Assembly: GCA_965228855.1 (NCBI GenBank)
Contig: CBDDIJ010000003.1
Coordinates: 3,392,001 to 3,456,000, forward strand
DNA from: Candidatus Obscuribacterales bacterium
Lineage (GTDB): Bacteria; Cyanobacteriota; Vampirovibrionia; Obscuribacterales; Obscuribacteraceae
Direction: 5' to 3'
Length of the DNA stretch: 64,000 nt
Shown here: piece by piece, positions 10,571 through 18,827 of the stretch
Position numbering within the stretch: position 1 is the first letter of the stretch
Layout: each line of letters opens with the position of its first letter
Notes under the pieces: model-generated
Database searches by the model: none
What the model saw: only the letters and a program-made list of their open reading frames with translations
Told to the model about the DNA's origin: nothing
Program-made: the position numbers and the translations under genes

Positions 10571-11857
10571 TTAGCCCATGTAGCGAAAATGCCATGGATC
10601 ACCTTTAATTTGTCCGTTACCATCGCCGTGAACGAAGCCGGCAGCAAGCAAATATGGTTTGGCTTTACTGTAGTTTCGAACGTCAATCGCCTCACCGGTT
10701 TCATGATTCGATGTGCCGGGTTTCGCCACTGGACTCTTGCCTTTCAATTCGCGGTAAAGTTGCGCTTGCTCCTGGTACGAGCGCCCAGCTGATGAAACAT
10801 CGATCTTGACGCCATCTCGAGCGGCTAGTTGCTCGGCATAAGCGAATGCCTGTGTGGCCTCTGGAGTGAGGCGCATGCTCGCAAGTTCCGGGTCTGCGTA
10901 GCGCTGGTAGTCAGACTGCGAATAGCGCTGTTGTTGCGGCTGGTAGTCATAGCTGTAACCGTGGCGATGTTGATGGCGACCGCGGTTTTGGTTTTGCGAA
11001 TAGTCGCCTTGATTGCTAAAACGATGGTGACCTGGAGAAGTCCATCCGTTCTGTTGCTGTATGCGGGCGCGATATTCCTGTTGCATCTGCCACCGATCTT
11101 GCGGCGACATTTGATACTGCGTATTGCGTTGTTGCTGTAGCCATGCCAGTTCTTGCTGGCGCTGGTAGGCTAGCTCTTGCTGTTGGCGCTGCCAGGTGTA
11201 GTCCTGGGGTTGCTGGTAGTCATAGCGTTGTTGTTGATTACGATAGTCCTGGGTTTGCCAGTAGCCACCATAATTACGAGTCTGATTGTAGGCTTGCTGC
11301 CACTGGTCTTGCGCCAGATACCTTGGATCTTGCTGATAGTAGCGAGAGTCCTGCTGGTAGTAGCGCGAATCTTGCTGGTAGTAGCGCGGGTCCTGCCGGT
11401 AGTAGCGTGGATCCTGTTGGTAGTAGCGTGGATCCTGCTGGTAATAGCGCGGGTCCTGCCCCTGCCAATTGCGCTGGCCGCCACGATAATAATCACCGCC
11501 GTTTTGACTTGAAATTATGACCGCAATACCTTCGCTGGAGCATGGCTGCCTGTAAGTATTGTAGCCATCGCTTACGTTTTGATAGTCAACCGCACGAACT
11601 CTCGTGATGGTCTCACCGTTGCGTCCGTAGCTGCGCTGCGCTTCGACGTCAGAGCCGCGTCCTTTCTGCTCGTAATTATCTACCAGCGCGATGAGCTGTT
11701 TCTGCGCATCGGGGTAACCTTGCATCTGGAGTAAGTCTTGTTGCAGTCGCTGAACCGCAGAGTGCGCGTTGCCGTAATCCATCTCTTGAGCGATGAACTG
11801 GGCTTCTTGCACGAGCGGGTTTTGCCGCGATTGCGGTTGATACCGTTCGTATGTCAT
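10571..11857 (-). CDS. M15 family (VanY-like D,D-carboxypeptidase) metallopeptidase with Gln/Tyr-rich repeat region
   Basis: C-terminal SAGRSYQEQ..LY, AKPGTSNHETGEAIDV (SxHxxGxAxD) and DPWHF. Confidence 0.88.
   Translation of the reverse strand: MTYERYQPQSRQNPLVQEAQFIAQEMDYGNAHSAVQRLQQDLLQMQGYPDAQKQLIALVDNYEQKGRGSDVEAQRSYGRNGETITRVRAVDYQNVSDGYNTYRQPCSSEGIAVIISSQNGGDYYRGGQRNWQGQDPRYYQQDPRYYQQDPRYYRQDPRYYQQDSRYYQQDSRYYQQDPRYLAQDQWQQAYNQTRNYGGYWQTQDYRNQQQRYDYQQPQDYTWQRQQQELAYQRQQELAWLQQQRNTQYQMSPQDRWQMQQEYRARIQQQNGWTSPGHHRFSNQGDYSQNQNRGRHQHRHGYSYDYQPQQQRYSQSDYQRYADPELASMRLTPEATQAFAYAEQLAARDGVKIDVSSAGRSYQEQAQLYRELKGKSPVAKPGTSNHETGEAIDVRNYSKAKPYLLAAGFVHGDGNGQIKGDPWHFRYMG
11315..11461 (-). repeat. 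Seven 21-bp coding tandem repeats (QQDPRYY)
   Basis: GQDPRYY QQDPRYY QQDPRYY RQDPRYY QQDSRYY QQDSRYY QQDPRYL. Confidence 0.95.
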
Positions 11858-12047
11858 TTTTTCAGTTAAGTGCAGCGTTAAGGCTTTAAATAGCGACCTC
11901 TATTCTACGAAAACCAGCAACGATGTCACTTGGGGAAATTACGATATTGCCGAATATTTTTTCCTTAAACCATTGGCGCGCAGGAGTTCACGGAAGACCA
12001 TGCCACCGCGCCTCAGGCGCCTTGAACTTTCGAAGCCTGACGGGAGG

Positions 12048-12734
12048 CTACTTATAGGACTTGCAAGTCTGCTCCGCAATTTCCATGATGCGTTTGCAGC
12101 GTTCCTCGGCATCGCGATTGATTTCCGCCTCACGGTCGTCACTTATATCGTATTTCACAGATCCGTCCGAATGCCTAAACTGTTGGTTGGAATTCTGTTG
12201 CTCATTCTTAATTTGCTCCGCAGCCTGACTGCGAATCGCAGCACACTCTGCGCGAGCTTTGGACATAATCTCGTCCCGCCGCTTAGCGCTACCAGCAGAG
12301 GCTTTAGCGGCCTCGGCAGCCGCAGGGCTGTATGCGGCACTCGAAGAACTGGAAGAAGATCCACTTGAGCCACTACGTGCGGTACCAGTTGCTGAACTAC
12401 CGGCAAGCATTTTATTCACGCGCTCCAGGCCCTCGCGGCATCGACGCCCGATCTCCGGGTTAGTCGTAATCTTAGAAGCGGTGGTAAACTCGGTTCGCGC
12501 GCCCTGCAAATCTCCCGTAGCCATCATCGTACTAGCCAGGTAGAAGTGAGCCTGCCATGACATTGGAGAGTTGCGCGCCGCAGTTTCGAAATGAGGTTTG
12601 GCGCCTCTGTAATCTTTGGCGTTATAAAGTTTGATCCCATCTTCTAAACTCCCGGCATGTGCTGATTGAACCGATGATGCGATACAAAAAACGAGCGCAA
12701 GGTTAGCGCTGAAAACACCAAATTTTGTCTTCAT
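12048..12734 (-). CDS. Secreted TPR protein
   Basis: Signal peptide; GIKLYNAKDYRGA and AHFYLASTMMATGDLQGA TPR helices; Ser-rich linker; helical C-terminus. Confidence 0.82.
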   Translation of the reverse strand: MKTKFGVFSANLALVFCIASSVQSAHAGSLEDGIKLYNAKDYRGAKPHFETAARNSPMSWQAHFYLASTMMATGDLQGARTEFTTASKITTNPEIGRRCREGLERVNKMLAGSSATGTARSGSSGSSSSSSSAAYSPAAAEAAKASAGSAKRRDEIMSKARAECAAIRSQAAEQIKNEQQNSNQQFRHSDGSVKYDISDDREAEINRDAEERCKRIMEIAEQTCKSYK

Positions 12735-12895
12735 CTAAGAGCTCCGGAAGTAGAATCTGAGTTCATATATACCATGAGGCATTGAAGTCAAACAGCTGTG
12801 CCGATTCGGATTATCACCGAACTCGAAGCGAAACTCTTTAATCGCCTGAATCAAACTGGTTCAAACGAGCGCGTGCTCTTCCCGGGCGCATCGAC

Positions 12896-14152
12896 TCAAG
12901 CGATGTTGTACTGGCGTTGCGGAGTTCGCAGTATAGTGCGCACAACGGTCACATCATCGGTTTCCGCTAGCTTTAGCATAACTTTAGTGGTTTCGTCAGC
13001 AGCATCGAGCTGTTCGAGACAGAGCTGAGTTACGGCCAGTGTGTCCAGATCACTTAAGGCACACCGTACCGAAGTTTGTTCAGGCAATCGACGATAAACT
13101 TTTCGAACATGAGCGGACATCATTATTAATGGCATAAGCAAGCGCAAGAACACTATGCCTGGAAGAGCCAGCAATCCCATTGTCCATAGAGCATATGGCT
13201 CCGCAGGTCCTCGATGGTGTGGTCCTCTAAGCGTCGTATAGTGACGGTCATGAATGCCCATCATTCGTCCCACGGAATATATCGAACGATAATTCCGCCG
13301 GCGCACCATGGGCTCCATATGTGATACCGTCGATAGTGCCTCTGAAAAATAGCTGTAACTGTCAGCTCGATCGCCCATCAAATGATTGCAATATGACAGT
13401 TGGGCGAGCGTATCTATGTATCCTGCAGATGCACCAAAATCGCGATAAATATCGAGAGCATTCAAATATCGGCTCTCTGCGTAATAGACTGCTTCAGCGG
13501 CTTCCGGGGAACCGAATGGAGATGTGCGCATAAGCTTCAAGGAATTGTCGCCTAGCTGCTTGAACCGCCGCGCCATTTGTCGGCTATCAAATCCATAAAC
13601 ATTAGCGATTGCATCGTTAACCGCGCGTGTCTTCTCGCTTTCATAACGACCAGGAGTGAGCGGCTCAACGTCTCGTTCGTTATCGAATAAGCCGACTAGC
13701 GTCTCGTCATTCCAGGAAGTAGAAACGCGAACAGCCTTTGAAATTCGCTCGCCAGTCTCGTACGCGCCAAGACTACAGGCTGTAAACGCAAGGTGCTGGC
13801 CGGCAGTCCAGTACAAGCCATAAACAGGAATAGCCGTCACTGTCAGTACGATGGCCACAAGCATAAAGTCGGCCATGCGAATTAGTGGATTGGATAATCC
13901 CAGATGCTCTCTGGCTATGACTCGGAAAGTCTCCTTCCATTGAGCTTTTCGTCCCAAGCACATTCGACCGACGGCCTGCGGAAGGAGACTGAATAATCCT
14001 GCCAGAGTCGCAGTTATCACAACGTAAGTACAACCCGAAAACGCTCCAATAATTCCTTTCTGCAAATAAAGGAATGGAATTGCCGTCGTCGAAACGGCGA
14101 ACCAGCTGAAAAGCCAGACATAAGAGCAGCGAACCAGCAAGCTCGTGATCAT
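12896..14152 (-). CDS. Hypothetical membrane protein with TPR-like helical region
   Basis: Three N-terminal TM segments, AESRYLNALDIY TPR-like helices, one further TM. Confidence 0.7.
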   Translation of the reverse strand: MITSLLVRCSYVWLFSWFAVSTTAIPFLYLQKGIIGAFSGCTYVVITATLAGLFSLLPQAVGRMCLGRKAQWKETFRVIAREHLGLSNPLIRMADFMLVAIVLTVTAIPVYGLYWTAGQHLAFTACSLGAYETGERISKAVRVSTSWNDETLVGLFDNERDVEPLTPGRYESEKTRAVNDAIANVYGFDSRQMARRFKQLGDNSLKLMRTSPFGSPEAAEAVYYAESRYLNALDIYRDFGASAGYIDTLAQLSYCNHLMGDRADSYSYFSEALSTVSHMEPMVRRRNYRSIYSVGRMMGIHDRHYTTLRGPHHRGPAEPYALWTMGLLALPGIVFLRLLMPLIMMSAHVRKVYRRLPEQTSVRCALSDLDTLAVTQLCLEQLDAADETTKVMLKLAETDDVTVVRTILRTPQRQYNIA

Positions 14153-14377
14153 AAGTTATCCCATGCGAGGCGCGACGCGCGCTGAAGTTTCTATTGTAAG
14201 CCCATTAACGAAGACGCACAACCCCTCAAAAGCCGCGCTGAAAGCCAGCGGAAGAAGTTTAAATCCGTCATTGCTGACGCCCGAAACTAGTTGCCCTGAT
14301 TCATCGGAGGCTTCATCCTAAATAGACCTGTCAGACGAGTCGGATGGAATGTCTCCTCTCCTTATCCAGGAATCTAA

Positions 14378-15745
14378 ATGAAACTCGAGCTTCTAAAGTC
14401 CTCTCTCCGTTTACGGGCGAACATGTGCCTGTGCGCGAGCATCAGCCTAACCGTTCAAGTCGCAGCACAATCAGCCGCGCAAGCCGCACCGCACTCAGCC
14501 GCAGCGACGCAATCGGCGGCTCAAGCCGAGTCGCAATCAGCAGGCCAAGTCGCGGCGCAATCAGCAGCCACGACGCAATCGACCGGTCAAGCCGAGCCCC
14601 ACTCAGCCGCAGCGAAGAATGATGTGCCACCTGGGACCTTACAGGTTAAAACCGTTCTCGACGACAAAAACGTTGAACTCTACTCGCCCCGGTTCATTCC
14701 TAAATCAGACAACCTGGTGATCGTCAGAAAGGCACACGAGCCCGATTATCACGAAGCCGAAGCGTTCTCCAGCAAGGAGTTGGAAAAGGGCAGAAATCAG
14801 AAAGATACGAATCCACGCTGGGCGGACCCTGAAATTACGGTGATCTCAAACAATGGCTCAGCACGCAAAATCATCGACTACGGCTGGTGTCCCGAACCCA
14901 ATGCCAACGGAAACAGAATCTATTACATTCATCAGCTCAAGCCAATCAGCGGCTTAAGAGTGCTAGCCGAAAACCAGAAGGGCAACGAGTTGTACTCATA
15001 TGCCATCACAGACGGCAAGAAGCAGCTGCTTGTAACTCCAAGCCTTGGTTACATCGATAGTCCTATGCCGCACCCTACTGAGGATAAAGTTGCATACGAG
15101 ATCAGCGACAACACCAACGGCGCATATGGCGGAGCCGTCGGTATCGGAGTCTTCGAAGAGTCCAGCGGAAAGGCGCTCACTTTGCTGGAACCGGCGAAAC
15201 ACTTCAAACTCTATGATCTTGTAGGACCTACGTCATGGATTCAATCCAATCTCGTGACCTTGCGCAAGACACCGCAAGAAGGGGGCACCTGGCTCGCAGA
15301 CTCATACAAGTGGGATATTCTGCGGCTGGCAAACGGAACACAAACTTCTATTTACGCCAGAGAACAGCCAATCAAGATTCACGAGAAAATACTTCGCGTC
15401 GGCACTACACCTGACGGCAATATTGAACTGATTGACGACGACAATCTCATCAAACTCAGCATTGATGGAAATGTCATTGAATCAGTTCCCTTGCCAGAGA
15501 CACGAGGTTTGTCGAGTCCGAATAACAAACTAGAAGCAATTCTCACAGAGGACGATGCCGTCGAGGTCACCGTCATAGCAACGGGGAAAAGGTACAAGCA
15601 AAAACTTCACGGTCAAGTTCAGACTTTAGAATGGTCACCGGACTCTAAACAGCTCGCAGCCGTCGTCACAAAGAACAAGACAAAGAGCGGCATGGACGTT
15701 TTCGACCGCGATTGCCTGATGTTGATTTCAATGCCGGAAAAATAA
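14378..15745 (+). CDS. Secreted beta-propeller-like (TolB/PD40-like) protein
   Basis: Signal peptide, Ala/Gln/Ser linker, YSPRFIPKSD, SSPNNKL and LEWSPDSKQLA blade motifs. Confidence 0.7.
   Translation: MKLELLKSSLRLRANMCLCASISLTVQVAAQSAAQAAPHSAAATQSAAQAESQSAGQVAAQSAATTQSTGQAEPHSAAAKNDVPPGTLQVKTVLDDKNVELYSPRFIPKSDNLVIVRKAHEPDYHEAEAFSSKELEKGRNQKDTNPRWADPEITVISNNGSARKIIDYGWCPEPNANGNRIYYIHQLKPISGLRVLAENQKGNELYSYAITDGKKQLLVTPSLGYIDSPMPHPTEDKVAYEISDNTNGAYGGAVGIGVFEESSGKALTLLEPAKHFKLYDLVGPTSWIQSNLVTLRKTPQEGGTWLADSYKWDILRLANGTQTSIYAREQPIKIHEKILRVGTTPDGNIELIDDDNLIKLSIDGNVIESVPLPETRGLSSPNNKLEAILTEDDAVEVTVIATGKRYKQKLHGQVQTLEWSPDSKQLAAVVTKNKTKSGMDVFDRDCLMLISMPEK
14456..14615 (+). repeat. Imperfect coding repeats (QSAAQ / PHSAAA)
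   Basis: QVAAQSAA occurs twice and PHSAAA twice in the N-terminal linker. Confidence 0.65.
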
Positions 15746-15966
15746 GCTGTCGACCTAGCCTGTAGCAATCGAACCACGCTGGAAGTGACTATGCTTCGGC
15801 AGTCGAGATAGGTCATGGCCGGCTGCGGTTGCTAAGACTGGGCTTAAGAAAAGTTCCGGTGAGCGGGCGAGAGTCACCCAGGTATGAACAACAGATCAGA
15901 TTCCCCGGTAAAACGGCAATAACAAATCACCAGCGTACGATCAACAGATTCCCCGATTAAGGAATA

Positions 15967-16015
15967 AATTTCACCCGGGTAAAATTGTGGTATAGTAAAT
16001 TTACCCGGGTAAAAT
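15967..16015 (+). promoter_or_regulatory. Promoter with two palindromic operators TTTMACCCGGGTAAAA-like flanking an extended -10
   Basis: AATTTCACCCGGGTAAAATT (15967-15986) and TTTACCCGGGTAAA (16000-16013), centres 30 bp apart; TGgTATAGT at 15988-15996 between them. Confidence 0.75.
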
Positions 16016-16056
16016 ACTGCTAAATTAGGGAAGGTTGAAGGTGTAAGGAGATGGAG

Positions 16057-16650
16057 ATGCTTAGAAACAGATACTGCGCGGCTTTTGCGGCAGACAAACA
16101 TCAGATTGCCTCGGGCGATCTGCGCGAGGTGGCACGCGCAACCAAAGAATTCATAGATTCGAATCCCACTTCAAGCGTTCTAATTTTCGATGCAAACAGC
16201 GAACTCGTCGAAATTGACTTTCGAGGCTCCGCGGAAGACGTCCTAGAGCGAATTCGCAAAGCTCAAGGGCCGACGCCGGCGACCGAAAACGAGGTGAAGC
16301 CTGGTCCCGGGCGCCCGAAGTTGGGAGTGGTATCAAAGGAAGTGACACTGCTTCCTCGTCATTGGGAGTGGTTGGCTACTCAGCCAGGAGGCGCATCCGT
16401 AACTATCAGAAGGCTGGTAGATGCGGCCCGAAAGCAAGGCGAAGAGCCAGATCGCGTAAGAAGGACCAGAGAAATCGCATACAAGTTCATGTCAGCAATG
16501 GCAGGAAATGAGATCAATTTCGAAGAAGCTTCGCGCGCTCTTTTTGCGGGAGATGAGAAACGTCTCAAAGATCTGATAAAAGGCTGGCCGGTCGATCTTC
16601 GCAATCACATAGAGTCTTTGCTGGACACCACTAGCGGTGCCCATCCTTAA
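16057..16650 (+). CDS. DUF2239 family protein
   Basis: Signature GPGRPKLGVVSKEVTLLPRHWEWLATQPGGASVTIRRLVD...FMSAMAGN..FEEASRALFA; AAGGAG RBS favours ATG 16057. Confidence 0.9.
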   Translation: MLRNRYCAAFAADKHQIASGDLREVARATKEFIDSNPTSSVLIFDANSELVEIDFRGSAEDVLERIRKAQGPTPATENEVKPGPGRPKLGVVSKEVTLLPRHWEWLATQPGGASVTIRRLVDAARKQGEEPDRVRRTREIAYKFMSAMAGNEINFEEASRALFAGDEKRLKDLIKGWPVDLRNHIESLLDTTSGAHP

Positions 16651-16654
16651 AAGC

Positions 16655-16690
16655 TCAACCCGCGCTCTTCCTCCGAGGAGCACGGGTTGA
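16655..16690 (-). terminator. Probable intrinsic terminator between convergent genes
   Basis: About 16-bp imperfect inverted repeat TCAACCCG...CGGGTTGA followed on the minus strand by GCTTTT. Confidence 0.6.
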
Positions 16691-16713
16691 TCGATTCTCA
16701 ATGCTGTGAAAAC

Positions 16714-18435
16714 TTACCTTTGAAGCAGATTGTCCGCTCCTACGCCGCCGAGTACGACAGGTGCTGCGTCAGTTGCGCCGGTATCCGTCTTCGATGGCTT
16801 AATGCCAACATCGCCCCAGGCTTGCTCGAGTTTGGCGACGGCATCCGGGTGACCGAGACGCTTGGCCGATTCGACGGTTTCAAATGCGAATTGTGCAAAG
16901 CTGGGCGATGAACCTGCGGCCTTCCGTGCGTCGTACCAGATTTTCGCTGGTGTCTCATAGGCTTTTCCGCCCATGGCTTCCGCAAAGAGAGCGAATGCAC
17001 GGTTTGGAATTCCAGAGTTGTAGTGCACGCCGCCGTTGTCACCGCGGGTGTGATTGTAGTCCTTCATGTGCGCAGGCTGCGGGTCTTTACCGATCGCTGC
17101 ATCATCATATGCGGTACCAGGTTTCTTCATATCACGCAGAGCTCTGCCGTTCACGTTATCCTTCCAGATACCCTCACCGACAAGCCAGCTTGCTTCATTG
17201 GCGTTCTGCCCGCGAGCGCGCTGCTCGACCAGTGCTCCGCCTACATCTGAGATATGTTCGTTGAGTGCGCCAGGCTGATTGCGATAAACCAGTTTCGACT
17301 CGAACTCAGTCACACCGTGTGTGATCTCATGTCCGGTTATATCTCTCAGCACAAATGTTTTGAACGGGCTCTGAGTGCCGGGTTTGCCGTAGAACATGCC
17401 TTCGCCATCCCAGAATGCGTTTTCATAATTCTGACCATAGTTTGTGGTCGAGCGCATCTTCATGCCCTTTCCATCGATGGAATTTCGGCCGTGCACGTCA
17501 GTGTAGAAGCCTCTTACGTCGCCGGTAAAGTCGTAGACGTTATCAACGTCGGCGTTTCCGGTCTTTGCCTCGCCCTCGACACGCGCGCGAGTGCCTACGC
17601 TCTCAGTACCTTTCGCGTCAAAGACCTCTCGTGCACCTTTGTAGTCCACTTGAACAAAACCTTCTCCGGGCTGCTTCGGTTTGAGGTTAGCGGCAAGCGA
17701 CTCGGTCTTGTGAATTGTGTCCGTCCAGACCTTATCTTTGGTGTTTTTCGCCAGAGTCTCCAACAGATAAGGTGGAATGACACCGGCTCTGTGACCAGGC
17801 TCAAGTTTCATGAGAGGCGAACCGACACCAAGTTGCTCGAAGGCGGCCGTTCTTATTGTGGCATTCGCGCCATCATATTTAGTGTCAAGCTTTGCCCACT
17901 GATTATCCCGCCAGTTCACAAACGGTTCTGCCGCTTTCGTACTGAGAAGTCTTGCAGTCCCCATGGAGCCTAGCTTGGCACCAATACCACCTTCCACTGC
18001 AGCGACCGGCAATCCGCCGACCATATCACCAAGATGTGTGGACGCGAGATCCATTTGAAGCATGTTCGTCGCTGTTCCAGCCTGCCAATAGGACTCGACT
18101 AGCGGTTTTCCTACGAACCAGGCACCCAGCGCACCAGCCGCGACTTTTCCAGCGGGTCCGGTAGCCGGCAAGAATGCTTTGGTCGCAACACCAATAGTGG
18201 CGCCAATTGCCAGGTTCGGCATGATATTTCTGGGATCGAGAGAGTGCACGAAGCCGTCCGGCACCTTCTTGATGCCATTGACGGTGTTATCCCAGAGGCG
18301 GTCGCTGAGCGCCGAGGGCGCAGGAGCGAGGGCATCCGCCAGTAGATGTTGCCTGGACTCGTTACTTACCTGATGATCAATAATTTCTTGTACGCGCGCG
18401 GCTTTGGAGCCGTCTCCGGCATCGTTTTGTCCCAT
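16714..18435 (-). CDS. M4 family (protealysin-like) metalloprotease with long N-terminal extension
   Basis: IPPYLL propeptide motif, ENAFWDG, HEITH, ALNEHISD, GGVHYNSGIPN; start chosen at the ATG with GGAG RBS. Confidence 0.92.
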   Translation of the reverse strand: MGQNDAGDGSKAARVQEIIDHQVSNESRQHLLADALAPAPSALSDRLWDNTVNGIKKVPDGFVHSLDPRNIMPNLAIGATIGVATKAFLPATGPAGKVAAGALGAWFVGKPLVESYWQAGTATNMLQMDLASTHLGDMVGGLPVAAVEGGIGAKLGSMGTARLLSTKAAEPFVNWRDNQWAKLDTKYDGANATIRTAAFEQLGVGSPLMKLEPGHRAGVIPPYLLETLAKNTKDKVWTDTIHKTESLAANLKPKQPGEGFVQVDYKGAREVFDAKGTESVGTRARVEGEAKTGNADVDNVYDFTGDVRGFYTDVHGRNSIDGKGMKMRSTTNYGQNYENAFWDGEGMFYGKPGTQSPFKTFVLRDITGHEITHGVTEFESKLVYRNQPGALNEHISDVGGALVEQRARGQNANEASWLVGEGIWKDNVNGRALRDMKKPGTAYDDAAIGKDPQPAHMKDYNHTRGDNGGVHYNSGIPNRAFALFAEAMGGKAYETPAKIWYDARKAAGSSPSFAQFAFETVESAKRLGHPDAVAKLEQAWGDVGIKPSKTDTGATDAAPVVLGGVGADNLLQR

Positions 18436-18827
18436 GTTTAGCATCTCCGCAAAGGCTTTATAGACGCGACAGGCTCGAACGACCACAAACCAGGGTGCCT
18501 GTCGTTTGATTTCGTATTCATTAGCGCCACCGATTGCAGAATACGATACGTTACGAGACATGTCGAGTGGTGGAATTACGTTTAACACATTAATCCTCAA
18601 AACCCTGTACTAGCAAGAGTTTTCGCCGTTGTGATATTGTCAAAATTCTCCGTACAATGGAGCTGATCACAAGTCCCACACAAGTTCTCGCTAGTTCAAA
18701 AGAACTATCCCGGTGACACAGACTATTGCAATCACTGCGGATTCATTTAAACTCGACCGATGATTTCCAGAACCCGGCCGACACGGCCAAACAAAATGAA
18801 TCACGCATTCATATATACAAAAGGATA

